38,411 nt of DNA from a virus. The stretch lies in IMG/VR virus record IMGVR_UViG_3300045988_111237, positions 1 through 38,411 of that record; one strand, 5' to 3'. This document shows, in pieces, positions 5,789 through 13,900 of the stretch (position 1 is the stretch's first letter; every line of letters starts with the position of its first letter). Below the pieces are notes generated by a model. It was not told the DNA's origin. It saw only the letters and a program-made list of their open reading frames with translations, and searched no databases. Made by a program: the position numbers and the translations under genes.

Positions 5789-6439
5789 ATGGTTACGATG
5801 CAGGTGCTTCCAAATCGTGAAGATTGGTTGAAGCACAGAACGAAGATTGGCGGATCAGATGCATCTGCAATACTCGGCAAGAATCCATACAAGACGAATG
5901 TGGAACTCTGGAAGGACAAGGCATTTCATCTGATGCCGGAGGATATCTCGGACAAGCCGTATGTGAAGTATGGCATACAGGCAGAACCACATCTAAGAGC
6001 TTTGTTTAGTTTGGATTTTCCGGAAAAAAAAGTTTTCTACGAAGAAAACAATATGTGGACAAATGACAAATATCCATTTGCACATGCAAGTCTTGATGGA
6101 TGGTTTGAAGATCCAGATGGGAAAAAAGGAATTTTAGAGATAAAGACAACTAATATTCTTAATTCCTCACAGAGAAGAAACTGGAAAGATCATTACATAC
6201 CTGAAAATTATTATGTTCAAGTGCTGCATTACCTGATGGTTACGGAATTTGATTATGTCGTTATCGCAGCACAATTAAAATCCGTATTTGATGGTTATGT
6301 TACAAAGCAAACAATCTATGAAACGGTATACAGAAATGAGAAAGAAGAAGAGATTGCTTACCTGGCGGACGAAGAGCGGAAGTTCTGGACATGCGTGGAA
6401 GATATGAAAGCCCCACATGTGAAACTGCCGGAGATATAG
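5789..6439 (+). CDS. YqaJ-like viral recombinase exonuclease (PD-(D/E)XK)
   Basis: 216 aa. IGGSDASAILGKNPYKT N-terminal motif, ASLDG and LEIKTT catalytic motifs. Confidence 0.85.
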   Translation: MVTMQVLPNREDWLKHRTKIGGSDASAILGKNPYKTNVELWKDKAFHLMPEDISDKPYVKYGIQAEPHLRALFSLDFPEKKVFYEENNMWTNDKYPFAHASLDGWFEDPDGKKGILEIKTTNILNSSQRRNWKDHYIPENYYVQVLHYLMVTEFDYVVIAAQLKSVFDGYVTKQTIYETVYRNEKEEEIAYLADEERKFWTCVEDMKAPHVKLPEI

Positions 6440-6450
6440 GAGGATGTCTC

Positions 6451-6612
6451 ATGTATGGATATATCTGTCCGACCTGTGGTGCACATCTGGATCCACAGGA
6501 GCGATGTGAGGAATGCACAGAGCAGAAGTTGAAGGATCAGCGGGAGAGCGAACGTATCAAGTCCCTGCTCTCGGTAGGTAAGGATGCTCAATATGAGCTG
6601 GTATTAAGTTAG
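6451..6612 (+). CDS. Small zinc-ribbon protein
   Basis: 53 aa. CPTCG...CEEC. AGGAGG RBS. Confidence 0.55.
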   Translation: MYGYICPTCGAHLDPQERCEECTEQKLKDQRESERIKSLLSVGKDAQYELVLS

Positions 6613-6622
6613 GAGGATATGA

Positions 6623-7495
6623 ATGGAGTTAAGAGTAGAACCGGTAACATTTCCGGAGGTAATTCAGTTTAACTATGAAGAATTGAAAGCAGAGATCACA
6701 AGCAAGGTAGAGATGTATAAGAATCTGGTATATACAGGCAGTGATCAGATTAAGGATGCGAAAGCAGACAGAGCGGCATTGAATAAGCTTATTAAGGCTA
6801 TGTCAGATGAGAGAATCCGTATCAAAAAGGATTGTTTGAAGCCATACGATGAATTCGAACGGAAAATTCGTGAACTCACGGATATTGTGAATGAGCCGGT
6901 ACAGTTGATTGATAAGCAGATTAAAGAATATGAGCAGACGTTGAAGGAAGAGAAGCGGAAGGAGATTGAAGCACTCTTTGAGACAATTGGATTTCAGGCA
7001 TTTGTAAAGCTGGAGATGATCTGGGATGAGAAGTGGTTGAATGCATCCGTATCGATGAAGTCTATCGAAGATGCGATGCGTGCCAGATTAAACGAGATTA
7101 GCACAGCGGTATTCACACTCAACAAGCTCCCGGAGTTTGGCTTTGAAGCGTTGGAACTGTACAAAGAGACGCTGGATCTGCCAAAGGCAATCGAGAAGGC
7201 GCAGCATATGTCCGAAATCGCCAAGAAGAAAGCGCAGTACGAAGCAGAGGAAAAGGCGAGAAGAGAAGCCGAGGAAGCACGTGCGAAGCAGATTGCACAG
7301 GAGCAGGCATCGCAGCAGTTGGAACAGCCGGCGGAACAGATGGTTATGGATCTTGTTCCACAGGAAGCTCCGGCACAGCAGGAACTGGAGCCGTCAAAAG
7401 AGTGGATTCGGTTTGCAGCACTTCTTACAACCGAAGATGCACTTGCCCTGAAAGAATTCTTCCAGAGCAGAAATATAGAGTTTAGAGCAATTTAG
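6623..7495 (+). CDS. DUF1351-family phage protein (RecT-associated)
   Basis: 290 aa. N-terminal region typical of DUF1351, coiled-coil K/E/A/Q-rich C-terminal half. Position between exonuclease and RecT. Confidence 0.7.
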   Translation: MELRVEPVTFPEVIQFNYEELKAEITSKVEMYKNLVYTGSDQIKDAKADRAALNKLIKAMSDERIRIKKDCLKPYDEFERKIRELTDIVNEPVQLIDKQIKEYEQTLKEEKRKEIEALFETIGFQAFVKLEMIWDEKWLNASVSMKSIEDAMRARLNEISTAVFTLNKLPEFGFEALELYKETLDLPKAIEKAQHMSEIAKKKAQYEAEEKARREAEEARAKQIAQEQASQQLEQPAEQMVMDLVPQEAPAQQELEPSKEWIRFAALLTTEDALALKEFFQSRNIEFRAI

Positions 7496-7501
7496 GAGGA
7501 T

Positions 7502-7813
7502 ATGAAGATGGTAAAAGCAGAAAATGGGACAGCAATAATTAGTGGAAATGAAGGTATATGTGCGGTTGAAATTGCATCAATCCTTGGTAGTTTTAAGCAT
7601 AACCTTCGTGTAAGTTATGACAAGAAGGATGCAGATGAAAAATACAAAAAGATTCTTACATTAGCGGATGCCACTTGTGATGAACTTATGAAGAAAGATA
7701 AGAGAGAGATGGAATCAGACAAGAAGGGCGGATTTGAACAGATCTTAGACCAGTTAACCAGAATGCTTTCGGATATTGCTGTAGATGCGTTTGTAAAGAA
7801 GGGAGACAGATAA
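7502..7813 (+). CDS. Hypothetical protein
   Basis: 103 aa. AGGAGG RBS. Tightly packed in the operon. Confidence 0.6.
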   Translation: MKMVKAENGTAIISGNEGICAVEIASILGSFKHNLRVSYDKKDADEKYKKILTLADATCDELMKKDKREMESDKKGGFEQILDQLTRMLSDIAVDAFVKKGDR

Positions 7814-7814
7814 G

Positions 7815-8837
7815 ATGGTACAGAATAGTTTGGTTAAGAGTAAGCAGAATCAGAATCAGATTCAGGACACAACAATGACCGGGTTCCTGAATCGTATGGA
7901 TATCAAAGCGAATATTGAGCAGGCGCTTGGAAAAGGAAATGTGCAGCGGTTTATCTCCGGCGTGGTATCGGCGGTCAGCGTGAATCCGGCGCTTGCGGAA
8001 TGTACGAAGCCATCAATCCTGTCGGGTGCGCTTCTTGGAGAGAGCCTGAAGCTTTCACCATCGCCACAGCTTGGACATTATTACCTTGTACCGTATAGCG
8101 ACAACAAAGCCGGTACGAAGGTGGCACAGTTCCAGATGGGATACAAAGGGTATATCCAGCTTGCAATCCGTTCCGGTCAGTACAAGAAGCTTACTGTGCT
8201 GGCTATCAAGGAAGGCGAGTTTATCAGCTTTGATCCGATGAATGAGGAAATAAATATTCAGCTTATGATCAATGACTGGGATGCACGAGAGAAAGCGGAG
8301 ACGGTTGGATATTACGCTATGTTTGAACTTGTCAATGGATTCCGAAAGTCGATGTACTGGAGCAAAAATCAGATGCTTGCACATGCGGACAAATACTCAC
8401 AGGCTTTTTCAAAAGATGGAACCGCAATTAACACGAGATACGGTGTAAAGCATAAGGTGTCTTATGCAGATTATGTTGCCGGTAATTATGATCAGCGTGA
8501 TTCGTGGATGTATTCAAGCTTCTGGTATAAGAACTTCGATGCAATGGCATACAAGACGATGCTCCGTCAGTTGATCAGCAAGTGGGGGATCATGTCTATC
8601 GAGATGCAGTCGGCATTTGAATCCGACATGGCATACATCAAAGAGGATGGTTCCAAGGTATATGTAGAAGATGAGCCAGTTGCAGATGTAGATGCTACAG
8701 AAACTTCACAGCAGGCGGAAACACTTGAGGAACAGGCGAAAGACTCTCAGCAGGAAGAACGGGCACAGGTGGATGAAGCGGAAATGCCGACGCCGGAGCA
8801 GGTGAACAACAGTGCCGCTGCCGCATTGTTTGGATAA
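7815..8837 (+). CDS. recT: RecT-family single-strand annealing protein
   Basis: 340 aa. LGHYYLVPY and QFQMGYKGYIQLAIRSGQYK motifs. Acidic C-terminal tail. Confidence 0.88.
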   Translation: MVQNSLVKSKQNQNQIQDTTMTGFLNRMDIKANIEQALGKGNVQRFISGVVSAVSVNPALAECTKPSILSGALLGESLKLSPSPQLGHYYLVPYSDNKAGTKVAQFQMGYKGYIQLAIRSGQYKKLTVLAIKEGEFISFDPMNEEINIQLMINDWDAREKAETVGYYAMFELVNGFRKSMYWSKNQMLAHADKYSQAFSKDGTAINTRYGVKHKVSYADYVAGNYDQRDSWMYSSFWYKNFDAMAYKTMLRQLISKWGIMSIEMQSAFESDMAYIKEDGSKVYVEDEPVADVDATETSQQAETLEEQAKDSQQEERAQVDEAEMPTPEQVNNSAAAALFG

Positions 8838-8889
8838 GGTTATTGTACAAAGATATATCACAGTATTCTTTGTTTTATTGTAAGTCATT

Positions 8890-8914
8890 CTCTACCGCTA
8901 CAAAAGCGGTAGAG
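8890..8914 (+). other. 10-bp hairpin immediately upstream of the DUF1064 RBS
   Basis: CTCTACCGCT / AGCGGTAGAG with a 5-nt loop. No T tract. Abuts GGGAAAGGAG. Confidence 0.5.
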
Positions 8915-8927
8915 GGAAAGGAGTTAC

Positions 8928-9296
8928 ATGAGCAAATACAGAAGCAGGAAAGTGGTAGTTGACGGTATTACATTTGATTCCAAGAAGGAAGCGTGGCGGT
9001 ACCGGGAGCTTCATTTGCTTGAACAGACTGGCGAGATTAGCAATCTGCAGATGCAGGTCAAATATGAACTGATTCCATCGCAATATGAACTGCGACCGGT
9101 CACATTGAAGAATGGATTTGTGAAGATGAAGAAGTTTTGCGTGGAACATGCATGTAGTTATATCGCTGATTTCGTTTATATAGATACCAACGGAGATACG
9201 GTCGTAGAGGATACAAAAGGATTCCGGACTAAGGATTACATTATCAAGCGGAAACTGATGCTCTACAGACACGGTATCCGGATCAGGGAGGTGTGA
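8928..9296 (+). CDS. DUF1064-family protein (putative PD-(D/E)XK nuclease/resolvase)
   Basis: 122 aa. VDGITFDSKKEAWRYREL...YIADFVY...VEDTKG pattern typical of DUF1064. Confidence 0.75.
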   Translation: MSKYRSRKVVVDGITFDSKKEAWRYRELHLLEQTGEISNLQMQVKYELIPSQYELRPVTLKNGFVKMKKFCVEHACSYIADFVYIDTNGDTVVEDTKGFRTKDYIIKRKLMLYRHGIRIREV

Positions 9297-9300
9297 CAAG

Positions 9301-9627
9301 ATGGGAGCAAATATCAGAGATACACATAAGGTTGTAAAAGCGATGCTTGAGAAACATCCAGAGACTCGGAGCAGTGACGGATGCTTATGTTACATGGTGT
9401 ACAAGGAGATTGGCAAGAAGAATGGTGTGGACGTAGATAAGATTCCAATTCAGCGGTTCTTCCTGCACATGAGAGAGCTTGGATTCCCGGCAACAGAGAC
9501 TATCAGAAGAGCACGGCAGAAGATTCAGGCAGAGAACAAGGAACTTGCTGGAAGTGAGTTCGTAGAATGTAATCGAACAATGCTTGAAGATGTTTATATT
9601 GATTATGCAACCTGCATTATTAAATAG
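9301..9627 (+). CDS. Hypothetical protein
   Basis: 108 aa. Operon-packed (ATG 5 nt after the preceding stop). Confidence 0.6.
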   Translation: MGANIRDTHKVVKAMLEKHPETRSSDGCLCYMVYKEIGKKNGVDVDKIPIQRFFLHMRELGFPATETIRRARQKIQAENKELAGSEFVECNRTMLEDVYIDYATCIIK

Positions 9628-9649
9628 CTGGATTGAAAGGAAGGAGCAG

Positions 9650-10537
9650 ATGGCAAGACCGCAAAAAAAAGGATTGCTGTACTTCCCATTTGACACGGAT
9701 TTCTTCGCAGACCTAAAGATCCGGGCACTCAGTGCAAGATACGGATCGGATGGATTGATATTCTACATATGGTTGCTTGCGGAGATATATAGAGAAAACG
9801 GTTATTACATCGTATGGAATGAGGACAGCGAGGATGCAGCGATAGCATCCCTTGGGCTGTCCGAGGGTTCAATGAAGCAGATAATGACATTCTTGGCTAG
9901 TCGGTCACTAATCGTTGAGATCACACTTGCTAGTTCGGACACTATCATTACCTCCCCGAATATACAGAAACGCTATCAGGAGGCGGCAAAGAGCCTTAGA
10001 CGTGAAATCATAGTTGATTGTGAGATATGGCTTTTGAATGAAGAGGAGACCGCTTCTTTTATTAAAGTCGCCCAAAATTCGGATAAATACAGTAAAAACC
10101 ATAATAAATCCGTTAAAAATGAGAGTAAATCCCGTAAAAACCCCACAAATAAAATAAAAGTAAATGAAATGAAAGTAAATGAAAGAGAGGGCGCACCCGC
10201 AAAGCATTCATATGGACCATTCGGAAATGTGATGCTGTTGGATGATGAATTCACCAAGCTCGCAGATAAGTACGGAGCTGATATTCGTAACGATGCAATC
10301 GAATTTCTTGATATGTACATTGAAGAGAAAGGTTACAAAACAAAGTCTCATTATCTCGCAATTATTCGATGGGTAGTAAATGCAGTGAATGAGCGCAGGC
10401 AGAAACAGAGACGAGGATATCAGAGCAATATGCCTAAGAGTATACAACCGACACAGGAGCGTGTATCTGCGCTTGATGAGATGGAAGCTCTCTTTCAACA
10501 GGAGGTGAATGGATTTGACAAAGGCAGAAAGAATTGA
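9650..10537 (+). CDS. Replication initiator/replisome organiser (DUF4373 Lin1244-like N-terminal domain)
   Basis: 295 aa from the ATG at 9650 (GGAAGGAG RBS). LLYFPFDTDFFADLKIRAL..YGSDGLIFYIWLL motif. Internal iterons. Confidence 0.75.
   Translation: MARPQKKGLLYFPFDTDFFADLKIRALSARYGSDGLIFYIWLLAEIYRENGYYIVWNEDSEDAAIASLGLSEGSMKQIMTFLASRSLIVEITLASSDTIITSPNIQKRYQEAAKSLRREIIVDCEIWLLNEEETASFIKVAQNSDKYSKNHNKSVKNESKSRKNPTNKIKVNEMKVNEREGAPAKHSYGPFGNVMLLDDEFTKLADKYGADIRNDAIEFLDMYIEEKGYKTKSHYLAIIRWVVNAVNERRQKQRRGYQSNMPKSIQPTQERVSALDEMEALFQQEVNGFDKGRKN
10084..10185. repeat. Iteron-like direct repeats (candidate ori) inside the replication gene
   Basis: Three ~17-nt imperfect repeats TAAAT-NC(N)GT(A/T)AAAA spaced about 20 nt apart (10084-10142). 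They are followed by AAAGTAAATGAA x2 (10158-10183). Confidence 0.5.
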
Positions 10538-11072
10538 ACTGCGAAATCAGAAGATCATGGAGAATATCAAACTCGTGTATTTTCATTTGAATAAATATCA
10601 TGGATTCCCAAATTACGATGACATCATACAGGAAGGTGTACTTGCACTGGTGGAAGCCATTGACAGAAGCAAGGATCTGGAACATCTGAATCGAAATTAT
10701 ATTGGAATATATATCAACAGATATGTGGAAAGATACATTCAATTTGGAGATGTGACAGTACGTACACCATTTCACTGGAAAGATGTCGAGAAACCACAGT
10801 ATGTATCACTCGACAAGATTGTAAATGATGATGGTGACAGTTATGGGGATTCGTTTCTGGAAGACAGACACGATTGTATCGGAGAACTTATTACGATGAT
10901 GGATTTTGAACATATGGTAGATCAGTTGTCTCCGAGAACACAGAAGCCGATGCGGTGCATGCTGCAAGGATATGGCATGACCGATACAGCGAAAATGTGC
11001 GGTATATCGTTTGAACGAGTGAGACAGATCAAGAAGCTGTGCAATAGAGAACTGGTTGCAAGTGAGGTGTGA
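10509..11072 (+). CDS. Phage-encoded sigma-70-family factor (regions 2 and 4)
   Basis: 187 aa. DDIIQEGVLALVEAIDR (region 2-like) and MTDTAKMCGISFERVRQIKK (region 4.2-like HTH). Overlaps the upstream gene by 29 nt. Confidence 0.7.
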   Translation: MDLTKAERIELRNQKIMENIKLVYFHLNKYHGFPNYDDIIQEGVLALVEAIDRSKDLEHLNRNYIGIYINRYVERYIQFGDVTVRTPFHWKDVEKPQYVSLDKIVNDDGDSYGDSFLEDRHDCIGELITMMDFEHMVDQLSPRTQKPMRCMLQGYGMTDTAKMCGISFERVRQIKKLCNRELVASEV

Positions 11073-11073
11073 C

Positions 11074-13581
11074 ATGACATACAGAGAATTTTTAGAAAGC
11101 AAAATTGACCTTGCAACAGACAGCGGATTTGTGGTTGATCGTTCGAAAATCAATCCGGCGTTGAAACCGCACCAGGCAGATGCTGTTGCATGGGCACTTA
11201 AGGGCGGACGCCGGGCATTGTTTGAAGCGTTCGGACTTGGAAAAACGATACAGGAGATAGAGTTTTGCTATCTGGCAGCAGAACATACCGGCGGCAGAGC
11301 TTTGATTGTATTGCCGCTTGGAGTGAAGCAGGAGTTTACCAGAGATGCGGTGGAACTGCTCGGATATGAGAAGCCGGAGTATTGCCGGACGATGGATGAG
11401 GTCAAGGCGTGCGACAGTCAGATTGTACTGACGAACTATGAGCGAGTGAGAGATGGTGATGTAGATCCAGCGTACTTTGCTGCAACATCACTGGATGAAG
11501 CAAGCGTTCTCCGCTCATTTGGAAGTAAGACTTATCAGACATTTTTGGATAAATTCAAGAACGTTCCGTATAAGCTTGTAGCCACGGCTACACCATCGCC
11601 GAATAAGTACAAGGAGCTTATACACTATGCCGGATATCTTGAAGTCATGGACACAGGACAGGCGCTGACAAGATTTTTCCAGCGTGATAGTACAAAGGCA
11701 AACAACCTGACGCTGTATCCGAACATGGAAGATGAGTTTTGGTTGTGGGTGTCAAGCTGGGCGCTGTTCGTTACAAAGCCGTCAGATCTCAATCCGGAAT
11801 ATTCAGATGCAGGCTATGATCTGCCGCCGTTGGATGTGAGATGGCATGAGATACCGATTCACTACGGAGATACGGCGGATAAGGATGGACAGATGCAGTT
11901 ATTCCAAGAAGCAGCGGAAGGTTTGAAGGAAGCGGCAGCAGTCAAGCGTGATAGCATAGATATACGAGTACAGAAGATGAAAGAGATTGTAGATGCTTCG
12001 CCGGATGATCATTTCCTGCTGTGGCATGATTTGGAGAGCGAACGGCATGCAATCAAAAAAGCGTTGCCAGAGACAGTTGATATCTATGGAGCTATGGACT
12101 ATGAGACGAGAGAACAGCGTGTAATTGATTTCTCAAACGGAAAGACACGGCTGTTTGCAACAAAGAAATCGCTGTCCGGCTCCGGGTGTAATTTCCAGCG
12201 GTATTGCCACCGTGAGATATTCCTTGGCATAGATTATGAGTTCAATGATTTCATTCAGGCAATACATCGGTGCTACAGATTCCTGCAGAGTAAGCCGGTA
12301 GTAATCGACATCATCTACATGGAGAACGAGCGGCAGATAAAGGAAGCGTTGATTGAAAAGTGGAAGAATCACAATTACATGGTCAAGCGGATGGTTGAGA
12401 TCGTGAAGAAATATGGACTGAATTCAGCGAATAAAGCTGAACGATTAGAAAGGAAGATGGGAGTGGAAGGAACAAGAGAAGAACGAACCGTGCGAGGAAA
12501 TCACTATGAAGCGGTATACGGCGATTGTGTGGAAGAAACACGTGTCATGGCAAGTAACAGCGTTGATCTGATACATACGTCGATACCATTCGGCAATCAC
12601 TACGAGTACAGCGCAAATTATAACGACTTTGGACACAACCAGGATACAGAGCGGTTCTTTGTACAGATGGACTACTTGACGCCGGAGCTTCTGCGAGTGT
12701 TAAAGCCGGGTAGAGTGGCAGCAGTGCATGTTAAAGACAGAGTGCTTTTTGGAAATGCGACTGGTACCGGGATGCCGACGATCGAGCCGTTTCATGCGGA
12801 TTGTATCGAACATTACATGAAGCATGGTTTTATGTATTTCGGCATGATCACCGTTGTGACGGATGTTGTGCGGGAGAACAACCAGACATACCGACTTGGT
12901 TGGTCTGAGCAGTGCAAGGACGGCACCAAGATGGGTGTAGGATGCCCGGAATATATCCTATTGTTCCGAAAGCTCCCAACGGATCATAGCAAAGCATATG
13001 CAGATGATCCAGTATCAAAGAGCAAGGAAGAGTACACAAGAGCACAATGGCAGATAGACGCACATGGATATTGGAGATCATCTGGTGATCGTCTGATCAG
13101 TAAGGATGAGTTGAAAGAGATATCGGTGGATAATCTGCAGAAAGCATACAGGAAATACAGCAGAGAGAGCGTGTACAACTATGAAGAGCATGTGAAGCTT
13201 GCAAAAGAGCTTGATAAGGACGGCAGACTGCCGGCCACTTTCATGGTGGTTGCTCCGGGATCATGGAACCAGATTGAGGTGTGGGATGATATCAACCGGA
13301 TGCGGACGCTTAACACGACACAGAGCCGCAGAAGAGCGCAGATGCATGTATGTCCGCTTCAACTTGATATTGTGGAGCGGATCATCAACAGATACAGCAA
13401 TCCGGGAGATGTCGTATATGATCCGTTCGGCGGACTTATGACGGTACCAATGACGGCGGTTAAGATGGGAAGATATGGTAAAGGCTGTGAGTTGAATCCT
13501 GATTATTTCCGAGATGGAGTTGGATATCTGCAGGCAGCAGAAAACGAGATGGACGAGCTGACGCTGTTCGATTTTATGTAA
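11074..13581 (+). CDS. SNF2/DEAD-like helicase fused to a C-terminal beta-class DNA methyltransferase
   Basis: 835 aa. Helicase motifs GLGKT, LDEAS, ATATPSPN, QAIHRCYRF. MTase motif IV-like TSIPF, then motif I-like VYDPFGGLMTVPMTAVKMGR..GCELNPDYF. Confidence 0.85.
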   Translation: MTYREFLESKIDLATDSGFVVDRSKINPALKPHQADAVAWALKGGRRALFEAFGLGKTIQEIEFCYLAAEHTGGRALIVLPLGVKQEFTRDAVELLGYEKPEYCRTMDEVKACDSQIVLTNYERVRDGDVDPAYFAATSLDEASVLRSFGSKTYQTFLDKFKNVPYKLVATATPSPNKYKELIHYAGYLEVMDTGQALTRFFQRDSTKANNLTLYPNMEDEFWLWVSSWALFVTKPSDLNPEYSDAGYDLPPLDVRWHEIPIHYGDTADKDGQMQLFQEAAEGLKEAAAVKRDSIDIRVQKMKEIVDASPDDHFLLWHDLESERHAIKKALPETVDIYGAMDYETREQRVIDFSNGKTRLFATKKSLSGSGCNFQRYCHREIFLGIDYEFNDFIQAIHRCYRFLQSKPVVIDIIYMENERQIKEALIEKWKNHNYMVKRMVEIVKKYGLNSANKAERLERKMGVEGTREERTVRGNHYEAVYGDCVEETRVMASNSVDLIHTSIPFGNHYEYSANYNDFGHNQDTERFFVQMDYLTPELLRVLKPGRVAAVHVKDRVLFGNATGTGMPTIEPFHADCIEHYMKHGFMYFGMITVVTDVVRENNQTYRLGWSEQCKDGTKMGVGCPEYILLFRKLPTDHSKAYADDPVSKSKEEYTRAQWQIDAHGYWRSSGDRLISKDELKEISVDNLQKAYRKYSRESVYNYEEHVKLAKELDKDGRLPATFMVVAPGSWNQIEVWDDINRMRTLNTTQSRRRAQMHVCPLQLDIVERIINRYSNPGDVVYDPFGGLMTVPMTAVKMGRYGKGCELNPDYFRDGVGYLQAAENEMDELTLFDFM

Positions 13582-13591
13582 AAAGATTATG

Positions 13592-13678
13592 TGGCGGGTT
13601 CGAGGGGAATCGAACCCCTCGGTGTCCAAAGATTTACTTACCATCTGTTCCTGCAACATTGGATTCCAGCGCAAACCC
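13592..13678 (-). ncRNA. Non-canonical tRNA-like gene with encoded CCA
   Basis: Minus strand reads GGGTTTG...AGGGG-TTCGATT-CCCCT-CGAACCC-G-CCA. Canonical T arm and a 7-bp acceptor (one G:U). No 5-bp/7-nt anticodon arm can be drawn. Confidence 0.5.
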
Positions 13679-13900
13679 ACACACACCTGCGCCCGCCGTT
13701 AGCTTTTTAAAAAAATCATATATTGCCATAATAGTCCCTCCAGTAAGTGTAATGCTTAATTTAAGATTAGTTGTAATTGTATGTTCATATATGGCGGAAC
13801 AGCATGAGATAAATAATGTAAGTAAATATGTTATTGGCAAATTATATCAATATTATATTGCCATTAAATTAGAAAATCAAGGAAAGGAGACATAAAATAC

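Noticed and set aside
7137-7451. 104-aa Arg/Ser/Lys-rich + strand ORF
   Set aside because: It is an alternative frame inside the repetitive GAA/GCA-rich tail of the DUF1351 gene. It is a compositional artefact with no RBS.
8898-9299. 133-aa minus-strand ORF
   Set aside because: It is an exact antisense shadow of the well-supported DUF1064 gene.
13592-13697. Reading the tRNA-like element as tmRNA, tRNA-Sec or a 107-nt RNA with a GGCGGG/CCCGCC acceptor
   Set aside because: That pairing leaves no discriminator-CCA, requires a 7-bp T stem, and contains no UCA anticodon or tag ORF. The 87-nt fold ending in G-CCA fits better. The outer pairing is more likely a precursor or terminator helix.
13261-13895. 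ORFs 13261..13686 (-), 13634..13840 (-) and 13659..13895 (+)
   Set aside because: They are antisense to the MTase 3' end, or they run across the tRNA-like element and the AT-rich intergenic region. They have no RBS and an implausible composition.
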